Source: Octopus vulgaris (taxonomy: Eukaryota). From it: a DNA stretch of 64,000 nucleotides. Below are positions 41,321 through 53,725 of this stretch, piece by piece. The position numbers were made by a program, and so were the translations under genes. The notes beneath the pieces are model-generated. The model saw nothing but the letters and a program-made list of their open reading frames with translations, searched no databases and had not been told where the DNA came from. The DNA lies in NCBI GenBank assembly GCA_951406725.2, contig OX597818.1:63674001-63738000 (forward strand), given 5' to 3'. Position 1 is the stretch's first letter. Each line of letters starts with the position of its first letter.

Positions 41321-42382
41321 ATATATGCACACGCACACACAAATACACAGAGACACAGACACACATATAGATATATATATTTATATATATATTACATAAG
41401 TGGAAAGTAATTAAGAATTAATATTGATAAATAAGTATTTTCCTCAAGAGATGTTGGCATTGAATAACTTCCGACCACGAATTAATGAACCGTCACCTCT
41501 AAATACTTAATTTTCTCCACTTGTACAGCTCTGCAATAAAACAAATAAAATCTTACTCTGACATGTGAATTTCAAAGAAATTACGAATCTGTCAGACATT
41601 AATTATTGATAAATTGTAGTTTTCTTTGTTTATAATGAAAGATTTTAATAAATGATTTTGAATTAGCGTTCAGACATCAACTACACATGGGAAATATTTT
41701 CGAGCCATCTCAAACACTTATTTATTTATATATTTAATCATTTATTTCAGACCTCTTTGACGAAAGCTTATTACTTACACGTAATTTACCTCTAAGTGTA
41801 ACAGCAGAAGTCATGCAACAAATCTCAAGAAAACTCTATTTAAAAAAAATAGCTGCCGATATGTGCTTTTTATCTCAGAAATTTCTCTGATCAATTTCGT
41901 ACATATTCTCAAGTAAAAGACAACAAAAGATTACAAAATCGACTTCGGTCGAACGCTCTGAAACAAAATCCAGAATGGATGTAACACTGATAATTTTTAT
42001 TAAAATATTGATGTTTTCGAACTAGTTTGGATTCTTTGCTATCAAATTTTAATTCTTTGCAATCAAATTTGAATTTTTCCTTTTGTGCTCAAGCCTTGAA
42101 AAAAAAAAGAGAGTTAAACTACATCAGCCGTAAGGGAATGCATGTCTATCGTATCTAACTCGTCCAGTAGAGCCCACCAATTGATATCTTAAAATATTGA
42201 TGAATTAACTCATGAATACTGCGATAGCTTCTACCAAAAGATGCTCCAGAACAAGGGGAGATAATAGAAAAAGAATCATTCATTTATGGTTGCAAAGAAT
42301 CAAAATTAGATCGAAAACATCTATAATGTACGTTTAAATATTTGTTGTGCAAGATTTTTTATGTGAAGTCGTGTGTTGAAAC

Positions 42383-42612
42383 AGATATTGTTATATTTCG
42401 AAATGGTCATATTGCCAGTTTAGCCAATAAAAACACACGCACTATATATTTGGTGTTATTTTGCTTCAGTGATATTTATTTTTTACATTAATCTTAATCT
42501 TATTTCGGCCAGAGTTCTTCCGTCACACTCCTGTAATAACACCAAATATATAGTGCGTGTGTTTTTATTGGCTAAACTGGCAATATGACCATTCCGAAAT
42601 ATAACAATATCT
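42383..42612. repeat. Fold-back inverted repeat, 78-bp arms with 74-bp spacer
   Basis: 42383-42460 is the reverse complement of 42535-42612 (1 mismatch by eye). Confidence 0.92.
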
Positions 42613-42699
42613 ATAATGTAATTCATATATTATTTACAATATTTACATTTGACGGATATTTGTCCTCGTCTTAATTGGATGAAAATGTTTTGTAAGCAA

Positions 42700-43395
42700 A
42701 ATCGAGTAAAGTACAAATATCTCGACTGGGGAGCTTGAAGTGGTGTTGGAGATTCTAAAAGTATGGCTCTTGAACACCTAGTGACGCTAAGATACATTTC
42801 TCGCTATAATGTATAGGTCGCTCGCAAACACTCGGAAAATAATTGCTTGGACCCGTAATTCTTTTGTGATATATTTTTGTAAAGGGATGGAAACATACCT
42901 TTTTTGAAACAGCTTGTGAATGGAAATGATAAATGGAACGTGTATGAGTACATTGAGGGTAATGGATCGTGGAGTTAGTGTAAGGAGCCCCGAAAACAGC
43001 AACCAAGGACGAATTTTTATGCTAAATAAGATATGCTTTGTGTTTGGTGGAATCATAAAGTTATTATCTATTATGATCTCACACAAAACCAGACAAGTAA
43101 TTCTGATATATACTGTGTTCAGCTGGCTAATTGAGGTCGGAGATTCACAAGAGGGAAGGAGTTGTGTTTCAACAAGACAACATTTATCTTTCGCTAGGAT
43201 CTCTTACCCCATCCACCATATTGTCCAGATATTGCGCTATACGTCAACCACTTGTTTTGTCTGTACCGAACCCATTTCAAGAAGAAAAAACAACTTAAAA
43301 ATTTATATTAAAAAGCAACTAGATAACATTTATTTTTCGTCCAGGCCAGTAGATTTTACGCTAATAAAATATATAAAAGATTGCTAGTCTGTCGA
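42700..43395 (+). pseudogene. Older decayed mariner transposase fragment
   Basis: MLCVWWNHKVIIYYD, NSDIYCVQL, PDIA, FSSRPVDF, with frameshifts. Confidence 0.6.
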
Positions 43396-44421
43396 AGCTG
43401 GTCGTAATATTTGTGTTGTGTTTGAAGAAGGAGCAAGGCTTCAAAGTACCATCCACCGCTTCAAAAATGTCAATTTCGACCTCATAGATGGACTACACAC
43501 CGGACGGACAATTGAGTTCGATGAAGAGCGATTGAATGAACTTCTACACGAAAATGCACGTCAAACAACTAGAGATTTGGCGGAGCAGATGGCTTGTGAT
43601 AACAAAACAGTGGCGAACCACCTTCACTTCAAGGACATGTTTCAGAAACTTAACGCTAGGGTGCCACACCCTTTGAGCGAAAACAATTAAAATCAACGCC
43701 CCACAATCGCTACCAGGTTGTTCTCTCGACATCGGTCAAAACATCGTTACAAACAGTTTTTCTTTACCGCGTTTTTAATGGCGAAGAAAAATGGTGTATT
43801 TACGTCGATATCAAGCAGCGAAAAGAATGGCACAGACCTGACAAACAAGCGACTCTGTGAACAAAGCAAAATCTTTATACTCGAAAGAGCATGATGTGTG
43901 TATTGTGGGGCAAGGAAGGCATACTATTGTTACAAACTACTGGAGCGCAGCTAAACAATCAATGCGGAGTTCTACGTTCAACTCCTGCATCGACTCAACG
44001 GAGCAATTTAGCAAAAAAAAACCCAAAAAACGGTATAAGCGAAATTGCGTTCTTCTGCAACGCCCGTCCTCATATTGCCAAAATGACCAAAGCCGCGATT
44101 CAAAGACTCGAATGGGAAGTGCTACCTCGCCCTCTATACTCTCGAGGCTTAGCGCCTTCGGAATTTCATCTCCTTCGACCGTTTTCGAACGCATTGTGTG
44201 ATGTATGTTTCGATAATGACGTGGAATTGAGGGTTTGGTTGGGCGAATTCTTAGAGTCAAGACCAGCAGATTTCTTTCTCCGAGGCATCGAAAAACATAT
44301 TGAACGACGGAAGGAAGTCGTAAACAACGACTGAGTGTGTATTATTCATACATTTGTAGTAGTTTTTTGCTTAGAATAAATTTGCAAAAAGAACACTTAA
44401 GAATTTTTACTCAACCCAATA
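43396..44421 (+). mobile_element. Decayed mariner transposon lacking its 5' end
   Basis: RFKNVNFDL..TGR..EFDEERL, VPHPLSE (WVPHEL), GEEKW, MMCVLWG, NARPH, LYSRGLAPSEFHLLR (YSPDLAPSD); 3' TIR-like caacccaata. Confidence 0.88.
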
Positions 44422-45233
44422 AAATATTCTTTGTCACAAATTTTACATTGCTCCTCTTGTGCTCCCTCATTTATAATAGGATTTGCTTCGATAGGTAGCA
44501 ATTCGATGCTGGGAGTTTGCCATTTCAATTTCACGTACATATAGAAAATAACTGAAAAGGAAACAAAAATGTTAATTCACTGCTAGTCATGCATGCTTTT
44601 ATACATCAAGTTATAGGCATAACAATGCACTGAGAAAGACGCACAATCCAGAACTTTAATGCAAACTTATTCACTTGCATGCATCTATTCTTTATTCCTC
44701 ATGACACGTGGATGGAATATTAGGAGCTGTTGTTGTGTAAATATAAACGACACTACATATCGTAGTTAGAACACTGAAACCATCATATACACTGCGATAT
44801 ACTTCCTCAAAATTCACTGAAATTGTTTATATCATATAATTCATTAATTGTGTTTCACTTTCTAAATAAAATGATTTCATGCAAAGATGGGGGATAAGCG
44901 AAATAATAGATAATTTGAGTTGTAGTTTAGTCAACTTGCTATCAGTTTCTACGTATCTCACATATCAATCGCTAGGATATGAATCGTTAAGTTCCCAAGA
45001 TATGAAGTGTTTTGCATGATTACGTGAAATTAAAACGTCGGGGCATCTTACAGGCTACATTCCAAGCATCTTTCTCAGAAGTTTCAACACGCTTCTGATC
45101 GATATTTCTCCGTTATTGTTACTTATTCCAAGTTAACCCCGCTACACATAAACACACTCACACTAAACAGCTTCCTGATCATGCGGATAAAATGTACTTC
45201 ATGAATTTCCTGCACAAAATTTATAAAGACCGA

Positions 45234-45302
<69 letters not shown>

Positions 45303-46114
45303 ACCATAATTTGTTTTGCATAATCAACATGATTTTTTTGTGTTTCAACATTATTAAGAAAACTATTTCATGTGTTACGTGCAAATGTTGATTTTATTTA
45401 CTAGAATGATATCTACTGTAGCATATCGTAACTCCAGTTTTTATAATTTCTTTAATTTCAATAGTATATGATTGATATGGTGTTTACAATTACAATATAA
45501 CCTGACAATAGAGATGGGCGACAATCCATCAAATTCGATGTAATGGCAGTCTACGCTTGTATTATTTTAAGTGAAATATAGAAAATCGATATAAGCGATG
45601 TGTGGATAACTGAAAATGATATTACAATTTAAATAAAAAAAAAACACCACTAAAAGAGATTCCTGAAAGTTGTAAATATTTTTTAAAGCAAAAACAATTC
45701 TAATTAAAAATTGAAAGTACAGGTCGATGGTTTGTACTATTATCTGGTATATCGATATTTTTGTGATATGTCTGGTTCTTCAGGAAACGTATGAAGAAAA
45801 AGCTGTTGATTACAAGCTTGTCCTCTGCAGACTTATCTTTGATTCTTTTAATTTGCCATTTCCCAATTGTAATAAACGTCATTTTGTAGAACACACGCGC
45901 AGGCGGTCAAACCGCCTCCGATACACATATAGAAACAGTAACGTCACAAATCAGTCCTTTTCCGAGCCTGACATCCATTAAGAGAAAGTACTAAAGTGAA
46001 ATCAAGAGAAAAGATGCAGACAGTTTTCTTTTCTGTTTTGAATAGATGTCAAGAATCCAACAACTGGCGTTTATTCTCCGCAGTCGGGAACAGAAAGAAC
46101 TGCTACATATTTAA

Positions 46115-46273
46115 CTGTGTGGTAAGTAGCTTGCTAACCAACCACATGGTTCCGGGTTCAGTCCACTGCGTGGCATTTTGGGCAAGTGTCTTCTGCTATA
46201 GCCCCGGGCCGACCAATGCCTTGTGATTGGATTTGGTAGACGGAAACTGAAAGAAGCCTGTCGTATATATGTA

Positions 46274-46356
<83 letters not shown>

Positions 46357-46556
46357 CTGTGTTTGTCCCCTTAGCATTGCTTGACAACCGATGCTGGTGT
46401 GTTTACGTCCCCGTCACTTAGCGGTTCGGCAAAATAGACCGATAGAATAAGCACTGGGCTTACAAAGTCCCGGGGTCGATTTGCTCGACTAAAGGCGGTG
46501 CTCCAGCATGGCCGCAGTCAAATGACTGAAACAAGTAAAAGAGTAAAAGAGAGTAA
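46115..46556 (+). mobile_element. Near full-length SINE family B
   Basis: Highly similar to 30444-30870 and 52231-52674; internal (TA)n(TG)n. Confidence 0.9.
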
Positions 46557-48287
46557 TAATATATTTATTTGCAGTTGGCGAAACGGAATTGGACTAATTA
46601 ATGTAGATCAGACGGAGAAATAATGTTGTTTTACATAGATAATAACTTCTCGATCTGCTGCTGTTTTTTCTGCTTCCAGAAAGGTTAAGTCAACTCCTAT
46701 TGGCTGAAAATAAGGGTAGACGAACATCGCAATGCTGTGACACGGGCTGGTATTGATAAATCTGGTACAACTAATCATTTCATTGGCTGAACATAATTAC
46801 AGTTTTGCATTTCTGTCTCAAGTGAAATCATCAGAACTTTAAAAGGAAAAAGAATACAAGAGTCGTAACAAGAGATATTTATAGTCACGACACACAACAT
46901 ATAAGTCGATATTGACCCTCAAATATTGAGTTTGTAATAATATTCACAAATAGCATCAATCAATTTGAAATTTATAACAATTGTTTTCGCTCATTCAAAA
47001 GAAAAAATGCGCAAAATTTGTAATAAGTTTTGTTAAAAGGCTTTTGTAAAAGGAACGCTCCATAATTTGTGTTATAGTACATAATCAGAACCTGTTTAAT
47101 AATCTTATGGTGAAGCTTTCTTACACTAGCGTATCCTGAATAATTCAAATACTAATAAAAGTTAACACTAAGTTTATATAGTGCTATCTTCCGTTAAAAG
47201 AACAGTAATTACCTACGTGCGATTCAAATTGAGCATTTTTCGTCTTAACCAAAGAAAGCACTTAATACCACATTTGCCGAAATCTTCAGTCGTAACCGAA
47301 ATTGGATTCTTATTTATTATTAAAAAATAAAATCATTTTGTCTCCCATGAAGTTGTAATTATATTGATCGCACTGTAGGATTTAAAGAGAAAAATACGAC
47401 AATGTTCAGCGCCATTTCTTATCTTATTATTGCATATAGAGTATTACAGATTTTGTATAGAGTGTGTTTCTTGAGATTTAACCTCGATGCATTACATAGA
47501 ATAATAAAAAGAAACGTTCAACTTGTTACAATGTGTTTCCTAGTAAGCAGTGATATATTACTTCCGTTCTCTGGGATTTATATTAGAACAACTGTAGTTT
47601 ATTCAAAGATACCCTACGAAATATGCAACGCAATAAGAGAACATGTTCTCATCAGTTATTTAAGATGGAATAAATATGCAAGTGAATGAATCGTTTGAGG
47701 TAAAAGTATGCAGTTCCGGATCCAAATCAATTTTTCAATACAATTCTCGAGCATTTAGTTATTTACGATTATGATACTCGAATCCAAATATATTGCTGGC
47801 TGGATAGAATTACATGTGACACAAATGCATATAAACATGCATCTCCTAGCTTCTCAGCAAATATGTGTCTTCTTTCCAGATTGAATTTCTGTCGCTCTCA
47901 CTTCTGCTTAGTTTCTCTCACTAACTACAAATAACACCTTCTGTCCTATGTATACACACATATCATATAATAATTCTCGAAAGGAAAGAGAGAGAGAGAG
48001 AAAGAGAGAGAGAATAGAAAACCATATTTCAGCACAGCTGAATCTTTGATTGAGCATTCGAGAGGCTTAATGAATTTAGGGATTGCATCAGGTAAAATAA
48101 ATATAATTACGAGTGATATGTGTTCCGTTATTTTACATTATTTATTTTCATAACGAAGAATGCATATGCTACGTGTGCGCGCCTGGATCTATGCGCGTGT
48201 ATTTGTGTGCATGCAGACATTCGTCGTGGTGTAGTTGTTTCTAAAGTGTGAATTATGTACAAGTAATGGTATATTTTTTGGCTATTT

Positions 48288-48880
48288 ACAGCTGCCCTAT
48301 GTGAAAGGCCTCTCCAACAAGATACAAAGGATACGCGGCCCATATGACATCAGGACAACATTCAAGAGTAGTACAACACTTCGCACATATCTCCATCGAG
48401 TAAAACCACCAATAGAAGAGAATATGACTAAGAACTGCACGTACTCCATCCCGTGCAGCTGTGGTAGGTTATATAAAGGTAAACCATGCCTCCGCCCTCC
48501 AAATAAGGAGAGACGAACATCGCAAAGCTGTGACTCGAGGAGATATTGATAAATTGGGTATAGCTGACCATGTATGGATAAATGGAGACGAAGTTAGAAT
48601 AATAGACAGAGAACACCACTGGAAGATACGAAAACTAAATGAAGCAGCACATATCCTAAGACACAACAACCTCTTAAGCAGACCGAGTGCAGATATGAAC
48701 AGCATATGGGTACCAGTATTAAGGAAGGATAGGAAAATATTAGATTTTTAACCCCTAAAATTCATTTCATTTTTGCTCACGAGCATATATCATTGTGGTT
48801 AAGAACGCATGCTATTAACCCCAAGATTCCGAGTTCGATTCCAGGCAGTGACCTGAATAATAATAATAATAATAATAATC
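48288..48880 (+). mobile_element. Penelope/Poseidon-type PLE fragment: GIY-YIG C-terminus (48288-48751, frameshifted), then tRNA-like head and (AAT)n
   Basis: LPYVKGLS, YSIPCSCGRLYKG, R..EH, IADH, RKLNEAAHI; 48793-48856 gtggttaagaacgcatgctattaaccccaagattccgagttcgattccaggcagtgacctg. Confidence 0.8.
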
Positions 48881-48989
48881 GATCGATCGTCCGAAGTAAA
48901 AGACCCGCCTGATATGAAAAAAGTAGTTACATTTTGGAATAGTATATGAAGCGGTCGATAGGAATTCAACAAGGAACCTGAATTGATAG

Positions 48990-49951
48990 GGGGAGGCGAA
49001 GAAATAGTGGCTAAGATTGAAGAACTGGGATGAAACGGAATTACAATGCAGAAACAAATTCAAGTTCTATCTAAAGCTCATGAAATTCCAAAGCTCTGGT
49101 TTTATAGCTTGTCATCAGATTCACGTCGTCACTTAATGGAATGGTTCTCTTACACCATCAAAGAGCTCGACTTGACTCTAAGCTGGCAAACATCAAGGAT
49201 AAAATAAGTCCTCCCAAAAACAAGCGACACAGAAAGCCATAAACACTACTGGCCGATCACAAAATACTTACATCCATCCTCACTGAAAGAACGTATCAAT
49301 TTCTCGATGAAAAAAACATCCTTTCCCTTGAACAAAGGGGGTGCAAAAGGAACTCAATTGGCTGCAAAGATCGATTTTAATAAACCGTATGCTACTCGAA
49401 AATTGCTAATCCAAAATACGAAATCTTAGCACAGGTTAGATTGACTATCCTTGGGCATTTGATAGTGTCCCATTTGGCTGGATCTTTAAGGCAATAAATA
49501 TATAAACGATCTATATAGTCTTAAATATTTCGACAACACAAAATTATTCTACAACACAAGCCGCAAGAAAGACCTGTATGTGTCAGGGAGCATCAAAATA
49601 GATCGTGGAAACTCCCCCTCCCCTTCTGTCTCTGCATCATTACCCCACGAACTGAATTATCAAAATTATGGTTACAAACTGTTTGACAAGAACACCTCGC
49701 CCTTGTGTATGTATATTTAAAATTGTATGAAAACGATGAAAAAGATCTGAAAGGGCGACCAGTAAATCTGAACAAATTCTGAAATTACATGAATATGGAA
49801 TTTGGCCTTGAAAAGTGTGGAATTACGTCCAACAAACATGATAAACTGGATTTAGTTCTACAACACAACTGGACCATTATTCATTCATCAAGGACCTGTA
49901 GCAAGAAGGCTTTTATAAGTATCTTGGAATAGTGGAAGGGAAAACGATTCA
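48990..49951 (+). pseudogene. Old decayed R4/Dong RT fragment
   Basis: KILTSILTERTYQFLDEKNILSLEQ, GCK, RNLSTG*IDYPWAFDSVP, LKLYEND, MEFGLEKC, YKYLGIVEG; homologous to the 14.7-16.6 kb ORF. Confidence 0.8.
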
Positions 49952-49987
49952 TTATTATTATTATTAATATTATTATTATTATTATTA

Positions 49988-50207
49988 CTTTTTTTTCTTC
50001 TTTCAAATTTGCTTCCATTTCTTGCCGAGTGTCTTCCCGACTCCTAGGACAAAGAAACTCATAGTATACATTGGTAGGCCAATAAACCAAACTCAATAGT
50101 TCGTTCATTTTTTTAATTTTTTTAAAGTTAAATTAAAATACATGAGCAGCAACAGTTCTCACATCGACAATGCTCTTCTCAATACGTGTGATGTACCAGT
50201 TAAGACA

Positions 50208-50209
<2 letters not shown>
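49988..50209 (-). mobile_element. Severely 5'-truncated young Dong copy (222 bp: last codons plus 3' UTR)
   Basis: Very similar to 14505-14735; flanked by (TTA)n on both sides. Confidence 0.92.
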
Positions 50210-50271
<62 letters not shown>

Positions 50272-50804
50272 GAGTGAGAAAACAGTGCATGCCATCAATG
50301 TGACACTGAGGTAAAATGTACGAAGTGTGTTTCCTATTTTCAACCATCATGGCAACCCGTCTGATAAGGTTACACCAGGCACATGCATCACAACCATATG
50401 TGCGCGACAGCGTATGACACTGCAGGGGAGGCACAGTTTGAATTTTCATCAGATATGGTAAACCCATCTCAATCAAAAGTTCTCTGAATAAGGGTCGTTT
50501 AAATATGTTGAACGAAACACCTATGTTTACAGAAGTGAATTATTCAAACCCCAAAGAATCACTTTCAACACATGGCTAAGATTCCTCCCCACTACTTCTG
50601 CTCATGATCAGAGATGCACATATCGTCAGCCACTAAGGGGCATGGTCAACTGGTTACGGTCAAACAACTTACAAGCAAATCTGTGGTATTGAGCAGAATA
50701 TTTGCTGTAGCAAATATATCATGACAAAACAATGTACATGATAACACTTCCAATCAGTTATGATCAGAAGCCTTCAGAGCCGCTGCCTGGTACTGTATCA
50801 GGGC
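50272..50804. repeat. ~530-bp non-coding unit flanked on both sides by (TTA)n
   Basis: Higher-GC segment bounded by TTA repeats at 50210-50271 and 50805-50819; no recognisable ORF. Confidence 0.4.
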
Positions 50805-51024
50805 ATTATTATTATTATTGAGTCTATCATTATTACTGCTATTATTATTTAAATTCATTTGGTGTCATGAAGATTTCTGTCCAGAGTGAACTTAAGTTTG
50901 TTCTTTTTTTTTAATGTCTTCCAATAAACCAAGCTATCTCTACTTCTTGTGTTTTTTTGAAATTAATAACGGTTGGAAGTAATTTATAAAAACAACAACA
51001 AACTCTCTTCCAATCTTTTTGGAA

Positions 51025-51395
51025 GCACTCCGTCGGTTACGACGATGAGGGTTCCGGTTGATCCGAATCAACGGAACAGCCTGCTCGTGAAATTAACGTG
51101 TAAGTGGCTGAGCACTCCACAGACACGTGCACCCTTAACGTAGTTCTCGGGATATTCAGCGTGACACAGAGAGTGACAAGGCCGGCCCTTTGAAATACAG
51201 GTACAACAGAAACAGGAAGTAAGAGTGAGAGAAAGTTGTGGTGAAAGAGTACAGCGGGGATCACCACCATCCCTGCCGGAGCGTCGTGGAGCTTTTAGGT
51301 GTTTTCGCTCAATAAACACTCACATTGCCCGGTCTGGGAATCGAGACCGCGATCCTATGACCGCGAGTCCGCTGCCCTAACCACTGGGCCATTGC
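51025..51395 (-). mobile_element. tRNA-derived SINE family C
   Basis: Minus-strand head gcaatggcccagtggttagggcagcggactcgcggtcataggatcgcggtctcgattcccagaccggg (A and B boxes) followed by a ~300-bp body. Confidence 0.8.
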
Positions 51396-52056
51396 ACCAC
51401 CACTACCAGCAACACTCTAAATTGAAATACCGATACTTCTATGTTAGCTACGAAACCTTCATAGAGAACTGATGTCGATATTGCCGTCTACTGAAGCAAA
51501 CATATATTCTGTTGTTTCTTACTGCAGCCGCAGTACAAGAAATCTTAGAACAAAAACATAAACAAAGGCATAAAGATTGTAGAATTGCAGCAGACAATTC
51601 AGTCCTGGTGAAAAAAGAAAAATGCTTGAACGAAATCTGAGCAGCATATTGCTTACTGATGTATGAAACGAACGCAAGGCGAGGGAAATGGATATTCACC
51701 GTTGAAAATATGAGAAACTGCTATGCGTATTATGAGGAGAAAATAGTTCGTGAACATTAACAAAAATTTCGGCCCGTTTCTATCATTATACACCATTGAA
51801 GATGATTTACCATGGAACATGTTTCCGATGATTATATATTTCTTCCACAACACCTTGGGAAATGAGTGACTAAATTTACACTCCCTACTATCTCAATCCA
51901 ATTAAATGTCCAGCAAATGCAAAAGTCAGTGGAAGAACATGGAATAATAGAAACCAAATATCCAACATTCCGAAAATGGTGTTAGGTTCCGCGGGAATCC
52001 CGAATGTTACCTACACCCGTTGTAGTTTCTCTCTCTATCTACATCTCTTTGTTTCT

Positions 52057-52106
<50 letters not shown>

Positions 52107-52230
52107 TACATGCACACACAGACATATACCTTAGACTGCATAAATGCAACGCATAATATATAATGATGTTAGTAGAGCATTTCTTTAAAAATGATATTTG
52201 AGACATATGACTGCACGTATTATATATAAT

Positions 52231-52463
52231 CTTACTCTTTACTCTTTTACTTGTTTCAGTCATTTTTTGACTGCGGCCATGCTGGAGCACCGCCTTTAGT
52301 CGAGCAAATCGACCCCGGGACTTATTCTTTGTAAGCCCAGTGCTTATTCTATCGGTCTCTTTTGCCGAACTGCTAAGTGACGGGGACGTAAACACACCAG
52401 CATCGGTTGTCAAGCAATGCTAGGGGGACAAACACAGACACACAAACACACACACACACACAT

Positions 52464-52503
<40 letters not shown>

Positions 52504-52674
52504 TTATATACGACAGGGTTCTTTCAGTTTCCGTCTACCAAATCCCCTCACAAAGCATTGGTCGGCCCGGGGCTATAGCAGAAGACATTTGCCCATAACG
52601 CCAAGCAGTGGGACTGAACCCGGATCCATGTGGTTGGTTAGCAAGTTACTTACCACACAGCCACTCCTGCGCCT
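52231..52674 (-). mobile_element. Full-length SINE family B
   Basis: Same head, body and tail as 30444-30870. Confidence 0.9.
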
Positions 52675-53204
52675 ATATATTCAATTATATATCATAAAAT
52701 ATATTGAATTCTGTTTTACATCCAGCACATCCCGTTGCAAATGATGATGGAATCTCCTTTCTTCGAAATGAGTGAAAAATGATCTCAATAACTGATCTTT
52801 TTTTTTTTTACATTATATGCATCTTATTAAAAAAAGATGGCTAAGATCCCTAATGCAAGAAGGATTAACAATTGTATAGTACTGCACTTTCTCTTTGACT
52901 CTCGTCCATATACTACCTCTCTGCCTTACAGTAGATGAGATTTCAATAATTTGAACCGTAGAACATGAATCATTTGATTTCACTAAAGCTGTGCATCTGT
53001 AAAAAGTTTAGAAGATTCAGTAAGACTGGAAGAGGCAAAAGTACATAACTTGCAACTGACTTGAAAAATTGTCGAGATTGTGAGTTTATGAAGGAACCGG
53101 AGTTAACGCTTCGTTATTTCAAATAGCTCCCAACATTCATCATTTTGGGGGATTTTTTTACGTATTTGTAATCTTTAATACAGGTGTTAAGTTGCACACA
53201 CTGA

Positions 53205-53725
53205 CACACACACACACATACCATACACGCACAAACACATAGACACAAACACACACAGACACACATACCGTACACGCACAACCACATAGAAACAAACACA
53301 CACAGACACACATACCGTACACGCACAAACACATAGACACAAACACACACAGACACACATACCGTACACGCACAAACACATAGACACAAACACACACAGA
53401 CACACATACCGTACACGCACAAACACATAGACACAAACACACATACCGTACACGCACAAACACATAGAAACAAACACACACAGACACACATACCGTACAC
53501 GCACAAACACATAGACACAAACACACACAGACACACATACCGTACACGCACAAACACATAGACACAAACACACACAGACACACATACCGTACACGCACAA
53601 ACACATAGACACAAACACACACAGACACACATACCGTACACGCACAAACACATAGACACAAACACACACAGACACACATACCGTACACGCACAAACACAT
53701 AGAAACAAACACACACAGATACACA
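53205..53725. repeat. Minisatellite, 47-bp unit, about 11 copies
   Basis: Unit cataccgtacacgcacaaacacatagacacaaacacacacagacaca at 53311, 53358, 53405 and onward; one 37-bp unit. Confidence 0.93.

Noticed and set aside
51325-51395. tRNA genes (also at 423, 29898, 36800 and 48793)
   Set aside because: A/B boxes are present but continue into repeat bodies without a clean cloverleaf; these are SINE-type heads.
53205-53725. CRISPR-like array
   Set aside because: Head-to-tail repeats without unique spacers, eukaryotic context, no cas genes.
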